64,000 bases of DNA from Eledone cirrhosa (GCA_964016885.1 OZ024742.1:326492001-326556000), one strand, 5' to 3'. Positions 1-15,035 are shown, counted from the first letter of the stretch. Made by a program: numbers and translations. The notes: a model not told the origin generated them from the letters alone.

Positions 1-1273
1 AGTTTCCGTTTACCCAATTTCATTCACTGGCCGACGCCGGACTATAATAAAATACATTTCCCCAAGTTTTCATGCTGTAGGACTGAACCTTGTACCTCAT
101 AGTTTGTATATCTTTTGAATTACAGCAAGTCCCATCTGACAGGCTACCAAAGAGTTCCTGTCTACCCATTTTCAGCCATATGGCTTAGATCAATACTTGG
201 TTATGGATAAAATATAATTACCGAAGGTGCTGCGCAGTGTGATCAAACCCGGAACAGTATGATTGTAAAGCGAATACCTTAAGCTTTCGGCCATGATGCA
301 TCTAATTATCACTATGTTGTATTGATGGTCAATGATAATAAAGGACAGAAATTACCTGCACGTGTAGCCACCTCAATAGCTTAGATTTAAAGAGTTTAAT
401 TTTGTTTTCGTCTAAAACTGGATGCTTTGATCTCTGTTTACATAGTCATGAAAATAAAATAATAAAACAATAAAACTGTGTTTTAAATATAGTTTTAATA
501 ATATCCATCATCTGTTGCTTTAATATATTAATCATATTTCCTTTATATTCGTGATTAATATTTTCAATTAATGAAGTTCACTAGTGACTATATGATTATG
601 TGTGTACACGTATATTTCATTTGTTAGATATACATCTTTATTGCAAAATCTGCGCGCTTTCCTTGTTTGTGTTATCGTTGTTGTCGTTATCGTTCGTGTT
701 CTTGTTACTGTTGGCGTCGTAATTGTTGTTCTTCTTGTTCCTGTTCTTTTATTATTGTTGTTGCTGTTGCTATTTTATGTTTTTTTCTAATCTATAGTAT
801 TCTTTTGTTGTACTAGAAATACATCAGACTATCTACTCTTCAACGTTGATTCTGTGTTGCTAAAGGTCTTTACTCGGAATTTGTTAATTAATACGGTCTT
901 TGCTATGTATTTGTTGTTATACTTTACATCGTGTCATTAAATATTCAACAACAGTTTCTTATTGTTATTGTTAGAATCCACTTAACATTATTGCTGTAAT
1001 TCTTGTTATTATCGTCGGTTGGTTTCAGTCGTTAGAGCCTTGGATATCTGCTCCGGCTCTCTTTGCCTTGAGCTCTAATTCTGCCATGTTCCAATATGCC
1101 TGAAGTCTTTTCAGGGTCGATAAAGGAAATACCAGCTATTGTAGTGCTTTCTTTCCAGCTGTGACATCTTGGGTGTTCCGCTGGAACAAGGAAATCCAAC
1201 TGAGATCCCCTTTGACTTTCATGCTATCTCGATCGATACAGAAAATACCAGTCCAGTGGTGATGCAGCCTCCT

Positions 1274-1364
<91 letters not shown>

Positions 1365-4078
1365 ACACCACACCACACCTTCCAGCTGCCACATCGTGAA
1401 TGTTTCTCTGAACCAAAAGCGGAAGGGTCTAGAGGGTGTCTTTGACTGCTCGCGAAAACATATGTAGACACCCGAAACCGTTAGAAAAGGGATGGTGCAT
1501 ACTACCAAGTAATACTCAATTGCGAGTGACGGCCGTAGTTTTCATTTGCTTGTTTGTTTTTTGTTGTTTTGACGTTGTTGTTGTCCCTGTATAAGAAAGC
1601 ATTGTAGCGAACCGTGTCTACTATGAAGCATTAATTCCCTTTCCCTTTACTGACGCTCTTACTGCTATTCGGAAAGGTATGAACACCGTAATTTATTTTT
1701 TATCACCCTCTCCGCCTAAAATATAACAGTGAAACAGTAGGAACATAGGAATTATTGAGGCTCTGCGTTAATAAATAAATAATATCCATTCATCCATTCA
1801 TCCATCCACGATCCCTTAAAACAGATGGAGTCGTAAGTGGTGGGTCAGTAATAGGACATACGTCTGGGGCATTTAAACCTGTGAGAGTCCAGCACTCACT
1901 ATGCCAGAACACAGCCAATTTCTTCCTGAGAGTATGGCAATTTAAAAGTGTTGTAGAAGAGTCGACCTCAGTATTTTATTGTATGAAATTACTTTATATT
2001 CATGAAAGCGAAGTTAACCTAGGTTGGAATTGAACTCAGATCACAGAAAGCTAGAATGAGTGCCACAAAAATTTTTATTTCTTCTAACAACTTTATTAAT
2101 TCACCATCTAAAACTGAAACGATTAATCAATAGAATTCGAAAGAACTAGTAATGCTCTTCGCTGGTAAATAGTAAGTACAATAGTTATTAGTAATTCGTA
2201 GACTCTCCTCTTCCTCACGGCTAATAATTTATTCCAATTTGTGGAACTCTATATAAGATAATAGATTTTATGTCTGATTAAAAGAAACCAATATTTTTGG
2301 TGTTGTCAGGCATTAAGAACCTGAAAGGGTGAAACATTTCACTTTCAAATATTCTCAATTACATTCGCTGAAGCAAAGAAATTTGGCACTTTGTCATGGT
2401 AACACACTTTGAAAAATACGAGTCGATAAACGTATTGCTTTCTTTAAACTGATATTCAAAGGTGGAATTTCTCACTCTATCTCTTCATCTCGTTTTCTTT
2501 CTCTCTCTTTGTAATATACAGGTTAGTTATTCATAGAATAGACGTTTGAATGTCTTCTTTTAATGACATGTCTATGAATATATTCGATGCACTTTTGCAT
2601 AGCCTTGACTTATTCAATAATACCAAAACATAGGTTAAGATATTAAAAAGTTTGTATCGGCTAAACCGATTGTGATGGGCAGTGAACTGTTATTCTGAGT
2701 TAAATTATTGAATCGGCTGACGTCATGTATCGGATTGAGGGTCAGTCAAAGGTGAAAATACGAAGTGTTTTAGAATTCATGATGTTGTGTTGAAAATTTA
2801 CGTCCTACTTAAGTTATTCTGAGATTGCCTTCAGTCTTGGGAAAAACACTTCAATATGTTATTAGCTCGCCTTGTCCGACACGAGAGATTGATTACCATA
2901 TATATATATATATATATATATGCATATATATATATGTGTGTGTGTATGTGTGTGTGTGTGTGTGTGTGTGTATGCCTATATATATGTGTGGTGTGTGTGT
3001 GTGTGTATGCCTGTATATAAGTGTGTGTGTGGTGTGTGTTCGTGTGTGTTCGTGTATGTGTACGTACATACATATACATGATGTATGTCTTTTTACAAAT
3101 GTGCTTCTTCGGTTGAGATGCATTTTTCAGTTGATCTTCAAATTTTTGTTCTATTCCCTTCAAATGAGAATTACGTCTCATATATTTTCACACTTTTATT
3201 AACGTCTTGTTACGACTAACTTTCTTCTGCCACAATTATTCACTTCCTTTCCATTTCTAACCCTGTGTTGTGGCTCGAAGATCTGTGGTTAGGATGTTCA
3301 TAAAGTTGTAGGCTCAATTCCTGGAATCGGACAAGCGTTGTGCTCCCAAGCAAACCACTTCATTTCATGTTGGTTTTCAAGATAGGAATACAGCCCTTAT
3401 AATTAAAATGCATTAGAAACATAACAGGCAACCTCGTAGGAGGCGAGCTAAATCTGTTTTGCTATTTTTAATTCCATGTTGCATCTAATTCCTGGCGGAG
3501 TTATAGGAGCGCCGTCTTATATCGTTAAACCTGGGGTAGCCTAACCCCCTCTACACGTCAGAACTTGGCTGATTTCATCAAGAAAACCGGGAGAGTGAAA
3601 GGAAGAAAGTGAAACAGTAATAAATAGGAAGCATAGCCTCCAGCAATGGGATTATTCTTTATATATCGATCTTGAAATGATGACTGTTTTCATTATATTG
3701 TGAGAAATTTAAATTCAGAGCAAAGGGAGCTGTAAGAAATACAGTAAAGCATTATATTTGATTCTGCCAATTTTACTCACAACTTTAACTATTATAAAGC
3801 ACTGCATGATAAAGAGATACAGAATTTGGTGCTGATTGTTGCAGAACATTCTGAGTGGACACTTTTTCGCAAGGAACGAATTTCAGGTCATTTTTATAAA
3901 CTCTATTTTCTAAATCTGAGAGGGGACCGTTGCAAAGTAAGTGTGGGAGTGGGTAGCACCATCCAGTTCCCCTCTCTCTTGGTGACGATCCTAGATATAA
4001 CCCTCGTTTATAGCTTGCTGTGTCGTTTCAAATCATTTTGTTGACCTCAATAATGATAAATAAGCCTGATCTTAATTA

Positions 4079-4246
4079 CTGTATATCCCGGCGCCGAAGA
4101 CGCTTCGTCCACGAGGACGCACCCGAATTTTGACAACCAAAAATTTGAAAGAAAATAATAAACAACCTTCGGCCTCCAGGACGCATGGTAGATTTTTGAA
4201 ACTTGTTTTAGGAAAAAAGTAGCGTCTCCGACGCCGGGAAATACGG
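4079..4246. mobile_element. Tc1/mariner-pogo type MITE
   Basis: About 26-bp imperfect TIRs CTGTATATCCCGGCGCCGAAGACGCT / AGCGTCTCCGACGCCGGGAAATACGG, flanked by TA on both sides. Confidence 0.85.
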
Positions 4247-4736
4247 TAATTATACGATTATACCAGAAAGCTATGTTTTATATTGTAACAATTAATCTGG
4301 CACTCCGTCAGATGCGACATATGTAACTGACGACCACAAGCAGTTACAGCTATTTATATTAGCACGCATGTGCACGCAATTTTTCTTGGCATCTGTTATG
4401 CTTCGTCGGTTAAATTCAAATATTCTTACGTCTGAATATAAAGGAACAACGAGGTAAAACCTTGTCGGGTAAATAGGTATTGGTAAATACGTATAATAAT
4501 CAATAAGATAAAATAAAATGTGTTATGTTGTATAATACATACGAATAATACATATATAATCCCCCACCAATCCTAAGCTATGCATATAGATCCTTAGGTT
4601 ACGTCAATAACTACTTACGACCAGTTCATTGGCAGGAAATCCGGTCGTATGTCGGCTAGTACACTAGATTTGAAAATTAAGAAGTATGTTTTCCTTTTTC
4701 TTTAATTCTCAGTATTTTTTTAAATCAATGATGTAA

Positions 4737-4952
4737 TAATTGCTTCTACATTTGGTATAAGGCCAACAATTTAAAGGGAAGGGGAAAGTCGACTAAATCA
4801 ACCTCAACGTATGACTGGTACTTTATTTTACCGAACCCGTAAGGATGAAAGGGAAAGCTAACCTCGGCGGGATTTGAACTCAGAGCATAAAGGGTGATAA
4901 CTCTTTGTTGCAAAGCATGGTGTCCGACGCTCTACCGATGCTACTAATCCAC
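4737..4952 (-). mobile_element. tRNA-headed SINE with Nin/Deu-type core
   Basis: Minus strand has B-box GAGTTCAAATCCC then a core close to GCCTTTCATCCTTACGGGGTCGATAAAATAAAGTACCAG; tail ending in -AGAAGCAATT. Confidence 0.85.
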
Positions 4953-5205
4953 ATAATATCTGAATGAATAAGCTTCTGTGAATCCAGTACCGTAAAGCCA
5001 GGTTTGTTACTATGATTGGCTGGTCTACATAGGAAGATAAAACAGAAGAAGACTAACGTCAGTCAAAGATTTAGCGTTATCAATGCAAATATAAAACTGA
5101 TATACAACATATAAATATTTATTCTTCGACATGTTGCCTTTCCTTATCACGCGATACTCAGCACACAACATTCTTATCTAGTGCAAAATACTTCTACACA
5201 TGATT

Positions 5206-5385
<180 letters not shown>

Positions 5386-5393
5386 GTATATAC

Positions 5394-5424
<31 letters not shown>

Positions 5425-5469
5425 CACAATATATATATATATATATACACAATATATATATATATACAC

Positions 5470-5528
<59 letters not shown>

Positions 5529-5932
5529 ATATATATTTTGAGGGATAGTAAACATGTAAATAGAACATGAAAATTAGATTTTCATTAAATTAGGTCACAT
5601 ATATCAATAGATTGTAAAAATAAAACTTAAAAACCTTGACACATTTCCACACACTGGCAACACAGGTGGAGACAGCTGATTTTCTGCGCGAAACAGAAAC
5701 AGCTGTTCTGTGATCTTCAGACGATGATACTAGTATGGTGTCAAACGAATTTACTTTCGAAATAGCCAGATATAAGCATGCCTGTTGGCAAGAGGTAAAA
5801 CGAACGACATATGCATGTATACACACACACACACACACACACTGGCCCGCGCGCGCATATATATATATATATAAATACAGTTAGTCCTTCATCAGTGATC
5901 TTGCAACCATCATCGGTATCCCATCGCTTTAA

Positions 5933-5988
<56 letters not shown>

Positions 5989-6117
5989 TTAAGGATACTA
6001 TTTATGGTTATGTATATACTAAAACTTTCTATAATTATATATATTTTAAACCCTAAACAGTGAAAGACAGTCATTTATTACCACCTTATTACCAGTAAGA
6101 TAAATAGCTCAATGTAA

Positions 6118-6310
6118 TAACTGTTTCTACTTTTGGCACAAGGCCAGCAATTAAACCAGTGTATTACTGGTACTTTATTTTATCGACCCCGTAAGGATGA
6201 AAGGCAAAGTTAACCTCGGCGGGATTTGAACTCAGAATGGAAAGGGCCGTAACTCTATGCTGCACAGCATGACGTCAGACCATCTAACGATTCTGCCAAG
6301 TCACCACCCT
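6118..6310 (-). mobile_element. Nin/Deu-core SINE, full length
   Basis: Same consensus; TSD aatgtaataac at 6111-6121 and 6312-6322. Confidence 0.9.
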
Positions 6311-6520
6311 TAATGTAATAACATCAGTTGTTCTACAGAGCAGTTATATAGAAATTACATGAATCAAAGTTCTGTTGAAACCATTTATTAGGTTACAATT
6401 GTTTCGTCCAAACCGAGGTTTGGAGTCTTCGGAGCAATTTTTCAATGATATATATATATACAAAATATTAATAAATGAGAAATACTTTCACATAACCAAA
6501 GTATATATTTTATTATATTT

Positions 6521-6699
6521 TGGCAGTATCGGTAGAGGGTTGGACGCCATGCTTTGACGCATAGAGTTACGGCCCTTGCCATTCTGAGTTCAAATCCCGC
6601 CAAGGTTAATTTTGCCTTTCATCCTTACGGGGTCGATAAAATAAAGTACCAGTAATGTACTGGGTAATTGCTGGCCTTGTGCCAAAAGTAGAAACAATT
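6521..6699 (+). mobile_element. Nin/Deu-core SINE
   Basis: A-box-like TGGCAGTATCGG, B-box, core; TSD attatattt. Confidence 0.9.
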
Positions 6700-6946
6700 A
6701 TATTTGTTTAGTACGTTTTCATCAGATAAAACACAAGAAATTGGTTATTCGACATACCGTTATGGTCTTGATCCTTCAATCCCTATAGTGGCAAGTGCTT
6801 CTAATCTGTTGTAAAAATGAATTCGCTGAATAATCAACGAACCATATAAACTTTTGGTCATATATATATACATACATATCCGAAACCGCTTAGCGCCGCG
6901 GTCATAATTTTACACATCTCTATATACATGCATATATATTAAATAT

Positions 6947-6981
<35 letters not shown>

Positions 6982-7214
6982 CTTACATATAATTTTTTTT
7001 TAAGTGTACGTTCCCAAACGCAGAAATCAACACTAACGACAGTCGGCTGCTATAAATAAAAGCTTATAAAATCCCGTAAAATACCTCTATGCACGGAAAG
7101 GCGTGGTACAGTTATTACAGTTATAATAGTGTATATAATAGAGAAAAAAAACGAGCAAGTTTTGTTTACATTTATTATTTATCGACCTGTTACGCGCGCT
7201 TCGCAGATATTGGC

Positions 7215-7475
7215 TCCATGGTGACCCATAGGTGTTATGGACCCGACTTCTTTTTACACCGGTCTCTGTCGAGACCTCTCGTGTCCTTGTTCCCAGCACT
7301 GCTGATTTTCTCCGTAAGGTCGGAAAGACGACGGCCCGCTTGTGGAGAGAGCCGTGTGAAGTGGGGTGGATGTGGCAGGTGATAACTCTGGCCATTCTCC
7401 GCGGTAACGCATTTGCCATTTTGTGGGCGGGGTGTGCCTGAGGCACGTGCCAAACGGTAGACTAATGGCTGTCAT
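7215..7475 (+). mobile_element. CRE-clade non-LTR retrotransposon 3' fragment (restriction-like endonuclease C-terminus)
   Basis: FTPVSVETSRVLVPSTADFLRKVG...REPCEVGWMWQVITLAILRGNAFAIL matches the CRE pattern F-P-AVET-G--G...GE-RE--WL-QR-S-AI-RGNA--I. Confidence 0.8.
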
Positions 7476-7796
7476 TAGTTCTTTTTTTTTTTGCTTGATT
7501 CTTTTTTTTTCTTTTTCTTCTTTTTATTTCCTTATTTCTTCCAGTTTAGTTGCCTTTATAGTCTGTATTGTTTTATTAAGTTCTGCTCAATAATTATTAT
7601 ATCATATCAATGATTTTTTCATGAAATAATTAATATGTACTTCCTATGAAATAAAAGTATTTGTCGTTATAGGAATTGTTTTAGAAAACGAAATTCAATT
7701 AACAGCTGCATCGTCTTCACAAGCAAATTTCAATAATAGTATTTACACCGAGAGGAAGATTATAACATGTGTCTGTGTGTGTGGTTGTGTGTGGGG

Positions 7797-7842
<46 letters not shown>

Positions 7843-7881
7843 ATGTACGATATATACATACATGTATATTTATATCCATGA

Positions 7882-7912
<31 letters not shown>

Positions 7913-7976
7913 TACCTATATATATACAAATATACATATATATATGTATATACAAATATATACAAATATACATATA

Positions 7977-8031
<55 letters not shown>

Positions 8032-8091
8032 TGTGTGTGTGTACATGTACGATATATACATACATGTATATTTATATCCATGCATATAAAT

Positions 8092-9428
<1,337 letters not shown>

Positions 9429-10226
9429 CCTATATATATACATACATATATATTTGTACATACACATATGAACATAGGTTTGGTGGATCTCTGTTATATT
9501 ACGTTGTCTTAGAATATAAATAAAAGTATATATAGTTATTTGCCAGTTAGCTTACAAATTCCAGAGGCCGAGAACTTAACTACACAAGGAACACAATGTA
9601 AACATTGTGTGTGTGTGTGTTTGCGTCTGTGTCCTCAGGATTTTTCTGTGTCATAACACAAACAAATGTACACACACAAACACACGTACACAGACACACA
9701 CACATAAACGCACAAAAACATGTACACAAACAAACACACACGCACACACACACACACAGACATGTATGTATATATACCGTCGAAAACAGAGTAACATGGC
9801 GCCGTTCAAACGTTAAGGACGTGGCAGAATTTTACCAATGGGGGTTTTCATTTTAGTTTCCTTAAAGGAAACTAGAAAGTTTTCAGATCAAAGTTAAGTT
9901 TTGTCTCACGGAAACCAGTTTCCTTGTAGTGTAGCAATATGATGAATTATGTACAGAATTTATAAATAGAATACATTTATGTTATGTTAGGTGTACATAC
10001 AGATCAATAAATATTAGGTAGTAACGATTCTAAAATGATAGCAATGTGTGCTTTTTACATAATCTGGGTCTGAAATCTTAATCGTATTTCAAAATTATGG
10101 TGTATCTATCTCTCGATTTATTAGTCTCACGGCTATATGTGAGTCTACCACAGGTATAGAATCACTGCAGTATATATTTGTTGTTATTTATGTACAAACA
10201 ACTTTACAATGCAAAATTAATCCGCT

Positions 10227-10298
<72 letters not shown>

Positions 10299-10398
10299 CT
10301 AGTCCTGTAGAAGCCATTTCTATATTAAATATTTATACTCTGCTATGTATTAAGTACCTTATTTACTGTGGTTAACCCCGATTCTACCCGGGATAAAG

Positions 10399-10432
<34 letters not shown>

Positions 10433-10537
10433 CGAAGGGGCCCTTCTCTTGTTTCGTCCGTATTACCATCTTAAACCTTGTTTACAGCAACCACACAGTT
10501 CGCTTCGTTTCTTGTAATTTTATATATATATATACAT

Positions 10538-10609
<72 letters not shown>

Positions 10610-10706
10610 GTTTGTGTGTGTAAAAGTAATAACAACAATTTTTAAAAAACGGCACAGTACATGGTACACATATATTAATTTCACGCTTCAAATAGCAAGA
10701 AGAGAT

Positions 10707-10742
10707 TCTTGACGTTTCGGACACTAGACCTTCATCAGAAGA
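10707..10742 (-). ncRNA. Minimal Penelope-type hammerhead motif
   Basis: TCTT-CTGATGA-AGGTCTAGTGTCC-GAA-ACGT-C-AAGA; palindromic ACGT stem III, GTC triplet. Confidence 0.75.
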
Positions 10743-11029
10743 TAAAGTTAGAAATAGAAGATAAATAGAAAGTAAAGAGTTATGAGAGAAAGGAACGGGG
10801 AAAATAGGGAGGGATGATTGGCTCTACCGGTTCTCCCGGTTCTCACGCACTGTCTCACGCTGAATCTTCCTGAGAATGTACATTAAATATAAGTATGTCT
10901 GTGGAATACTCTAAAGCTTAGTCGCTAATTCGATGAGTGAGTAGGTAATTCAGATGAGTAATCGGATGGAACACTCATCGTAGAAACCTCCCTTTCACTC
11001 GTTTTTACTATTCTCAGTTATATATATAT

Positions 11030-11338
11030 GTATGGACCAGTAACTCCTGGGGGACGGCGTTTGGGAGGTATTTTAAGCCTGGCGGAGCCCGTCCTTCCTC
11101 AGATCTGAGTACAGCAGATTTCCTCCAGGGAAAGATAGAAAGTGAGAGAGAGGAAATGAGAAAGAGATATAGAGGAAGAATCGACCCAGTACTAGACTGG
11201 TACTTATTTTATCGACCTCGAAAAGATTAAAGACGAAGTTGACCTCGGTGGGATTTGAACTCAGAGAGCAGAGAACCGGAACGAATAACATAAAGCATTC
11301 TATCCGACCTTCTAACGACTCCGCCATTTCGCCGCCTT
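11030..11338 (-). mobile_element. Nin/Deu-core SINE, long-tail subfamily
   Basis: Head and core at 11190-11338 plus a distinct tail shared with the copies at 21860-22190 and 37880-38185. Confidence 0.8.
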
Positions 11339-11406
11339 CCAGTTATATACACAAGTATATTAAAACAGTATTGATACGATTTCCGACATTCATCTTCTGA
11401 CATTAA

Positions 11407-11627
11407 CCCTTTAGCATTTACATTACTCTATATATACTATTGTATTTTCATGGTAAACGATTTACCTCACATTAATATCTTACATAATATTGAATCTATG
11501 AGATTTTGATATTATTCATTTTGAGAACAATAACTTAACATCAGTATGAGTGGCTAATTATGGCTGGTTTGAACAGAAAAAGGCGAGAGAATTCTAGCCG
11601 GATATGGCTGGTTTAAATGCTAATGGG
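11407..11627. mobile_element. piggyBac-type MITE
   Basis: TTAA TSD on both sides; TIRs CCCTTTAGCATTTA / TAAATGCTAATGGG. Confidence 0.85.
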
Positions 11628-12068
11628 TTAAACATAAATAAGAAAATACATAGCATGAGCTCTTCCTTCTAACTTATGACCTCCCTCCACTTCCGACCAA
11701 ACATAATGTCAGTATCATATTTCCATTGTCACTGTAGTTGTCTCCTGTGTATTTGTTTTGGTTTATTTCTTAATTACTTTTTATGTTTTATATTTTATAT
11801 ATCTTGGTATTAATTTCCGATTGTCTGTTTTGTATTTTTTAATTATCATTATAAAGTAGACGACAACATAGATGTCTATAATATTTAATGATGTAGTAGA
11901 TGGAATTGTCTGGGGCATTGTTGGTTTTGTCATCGTTAGTTATAATATTGTCAAGTTGTGTAAGTTTGTTGTTAAGACACGAGTAAGAGTTTCAGTCGAG
12001 ACAACGTTGTAGAGAGAATATGTTGTGCAATGTTCAGGCTTCATCTACTCACAGACCTACTAGCTCAA

Positions 12069-12111
<43 letters not shown>

Positions 12112-12209
12112 TTATTTGTGGTAGTAGAATGTAGAAATATGACAGAGCCGGGACCCCTACGGCTGAGCTCTTGCCGTTTCAACAGCTCAGTCGTCGGGGT
12201 CCCGACTCT

Positions 12210-12240
<31 letters not shown>

Positions 12241-12784
12241 ATGTGTGTGTGTGAGAGTGTGTGTGTGTGTGAGAGAGTGTGTGGGTGTTTGTGTGTATGT
12301 GTGTGTGTGTGTGTTTATGTATTTGAACAAGTGTCATATGACAAAAGAAGGATCACTCAATATTATGAAAATAGATTTCCTGTGGATATTGGTATTAAAG
12401 AATCACCCCTCCCTGATTTTGAGTTGAAAATTGAGCAGAGGGTGTAAAGAGATGGTGTAAGAAAGGCAGAGAGAGTGATGTGATAGCAGAGAGAGAGAGA
12501 GGATAGAGGAATCCGGTGTCTTCAAGTTTTTCTACTTCCAAATCTATGTCATCCATATTGTTAAATCTAGCATATACACAGACAGCCCCCCACCCACCCT
12601 TAGGAGAAACCACTATGAGGACATCAGTCACATGTTTGGAGAAGTTGCAGTCATATCATTTGTTAAGTGCTCTAGCATCCAACTAGTTCATATATATGTG
12701 TGCGTGTATGTGTGTATGTATATATATATATAAATATATATGTGTATGTGTATATATATATATATATATATACACACACATATA

Positions 12785-12910
12785 GTGAAGGCGTGTGGCT
12801 GAGTGGTTAGAGAATTGTATTCGCAATCGTAAGGTTGTGAGTTCGATTCCTGGACCAGGCGATGCGTTATGTCCTTGAGCAAGACACTTTATTTCACGTT
12901 GCTCCTTCTA
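12785..12910 (+). mobile_element. tRNA-headed SINE of a second family (Meta-domain-like)
   Basis: A-box TGGCTGAGTGG, B-box GTTCGATTCC, then TGTCCTTGAGCAAGACACTT; relatives at 3265-3375 and 28740-29010. Confidence 0.75.
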
Positions 12911-13129
12911 CCTGGAGTTGCGACCGATAGATAGTATTAGCAATTGGAAAGACCAACGGAAACATTGTTCCCTCGGTCCGATTTGACAACAAAGTCGATC
13001 GTTCCTTTATATATATATATAAAATTATAAATATAAGCTATCGCCGTATTTTGACTAAAGAAATTAAAGAAATTATTTAGCCTGATAGTGGGGTTAAGAA
13101 CTCTCGGAGAAATGGAAAAAGATGAGTAT

Positions 13130-13200
13130 TGACGTACATGGGAGTCGAACCCACATCTTTGGTTATCCAGACCACTGTGCTACCATTACACCAACACATC
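13130..13200 (-). ncRNA. tRNA-like cloverleaf (anticodon-position GGA, short variable loop) embedded in a repeat; not a canonical tRNA gene
   Basis: GATGTGT/GTACGTC acceptor, GTGT/GCAC D-stem, TGGT/ACCA stem with CTGGATA loop, GTGGG/CCCAT T-stem with TTCGACT loop. Confidence 0.75.
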
Positions 13201-13489
13201 ACCCGTCTACTTCCATTCAAATTAGAAGCTATAATCTTAACAACTGTAATGTCATGTAAGAATGTTTTCGAAACAGCGAGCGAGTTTGAAATTATAAATA
13301 TAAGCCGTATATATCGTATATATTGCCGTATTTTGACTGAAGAAATACTCAACTTTTTCCATTTCTCCGAGGGTTCTTAACCCCACTATCAGGCTAAATA
13401 ATTTTTGTTATTTCTTTAGTCAACATACGGCGAGAGTTTATATTTATAATTTCAAACTCGCTCGCTGTTTCGAAAATATTCTTACTTGA

Positions 13490-13556
<67 letters not shown>

Positions 13557-14072
13557 TTGGGGAGGGTGATATTGTTGTAATAATATTGCCAGAATGAATA
13601 ACAGAACACACTCACTGTTTGGTTGGTTTTCGCTTCTGTATCTTTTATATCAGTCCTCAATGTTTACCATTGACTGACCAACGGTCAAAAATACAGATAT
13701 AATATACATATATCTATAATATATCTATATTATATCTGTATTTTTGACCGTTGGTCAGTCAATGGTAAACATTGAGGACCGAATGAATTAACTGATATAA
13801 AAGCGAAAACCAGCCAAACAGTGAGTGTGTTCTGTTATTAATTCTGGCAATATTATTAGAACAATATGACCCTCCCCAAGTATAACAATATTTGTTTCGA
13901 CACACGATTTCATATCAAAAACCTCGCAAAACAAATATATATATATATATATATATAACGTTTTTGAAATATCCAGTTCTGCGTTTACAGATTGACTTTG
14001 TTAGTTTCAGAAGATCCCGTTAAGGGTGAAGCAGCGATTCTTTGCTTAAACTTTAATCTGTTATTTTAATAA

Positions 14073-14187
<115 letters not shown>

Positions 14188-14950
14188 TGTTTCTACTTTA
14201 GGCACAAGGCCAGCAATTACCCAGTGTATTACTGGTACTTTATTTTATCGATCCCATAAGGATGAAAGGCAAAGTTAACCTCGGTGTGTGTATATATATA
14301 ATAGTAATAATAATAAATTTGAATACTAAAATCCAAAGAGGGCTCGATAAGCATACGATTTACGTGGTTTTGTCTTTGCGTGTATTGTTCTCCCCGCTCC
14401 ACATAATGACGTATTATCTTTGTTTTTTCCGTTCATTGCCAGAGAACGTCTCCATGAACCACCAAATAGAATATTAGTCTACGACTTCATTTATACCATA
14501 AACGTGGTTTTCTCTTTGCATGTAATTGTTTTCACCGCTCCAAATAATGACGTATTATCTTCGTTTTTTTTTCGTTCTTTGCCAGGGAACGTTTCCACGA
14601 ACCAAAGTATCGTCTTCCTGTCTTCCTTCGGTTGCAACGTTTTTTGAAATATTTACTTCTGCGTTCACAGATTGACTTTTTTAGTTTCAGAAGGTCCCGT
14701 TAAGGGTGAAAGCAGCGATTCTTTGCTTAAACTATAATCTGTCATTTTAATAAATATATATATATCTATATATATATAATATATATATATATTATATATA
14801 TCCAGGGAGTGTAATGTGGAGTTACTATAGGTTCACCCGGGTGAGCACTCGATGTATAGGTTCACTTCTGTGTCGAGGTGTAGAGCTAGACAGTGTATTA
14901 TAAAATTAAAATAAGGACGAGTGGTTACTCCTTCATTACGTTTATTGGTT

Positions 14951-15035
14951 GGTGACGCGCGTTTCGCCACTGATCAGCTCAAGGTTCTATCTGTATCGAT
15001 CTAGCCCGACTCTGTAATTCACGGCTCGTCAGACC
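14951..15035 (-). ncRNA. Type I hammerhead motif with extended stem II and palindromic stem III
   Basis: GGT-CTGACGA-GCC-(about 55 nt)-GGC-GAA-ACGCGCGT-C-ACC; part of element 14801-15045. Confidence 0.8.

Noticed and set aside
5660-5730. Minus-strand CTGAAGA...GAAA
   Set aside because: No convincing stem II closure or stems I and III.
9577-9933. CACTA-like terminus (cttgtagtg)
   Set aside because: Only one good end; the putative partner is imperfect and there is no TSD.
12395-12631. GGWGAVCVY as an APE endonuclease relic
   Set aside because: One short motif only; cannot be supported without a profile search.
13130-13200. Functional tRNA-Ser(GGA) gene
   Set aside because: No long variable arm, three G-U pairs in the acceptor stem, and embedded in a repeat; kept as a tRNA mimic.
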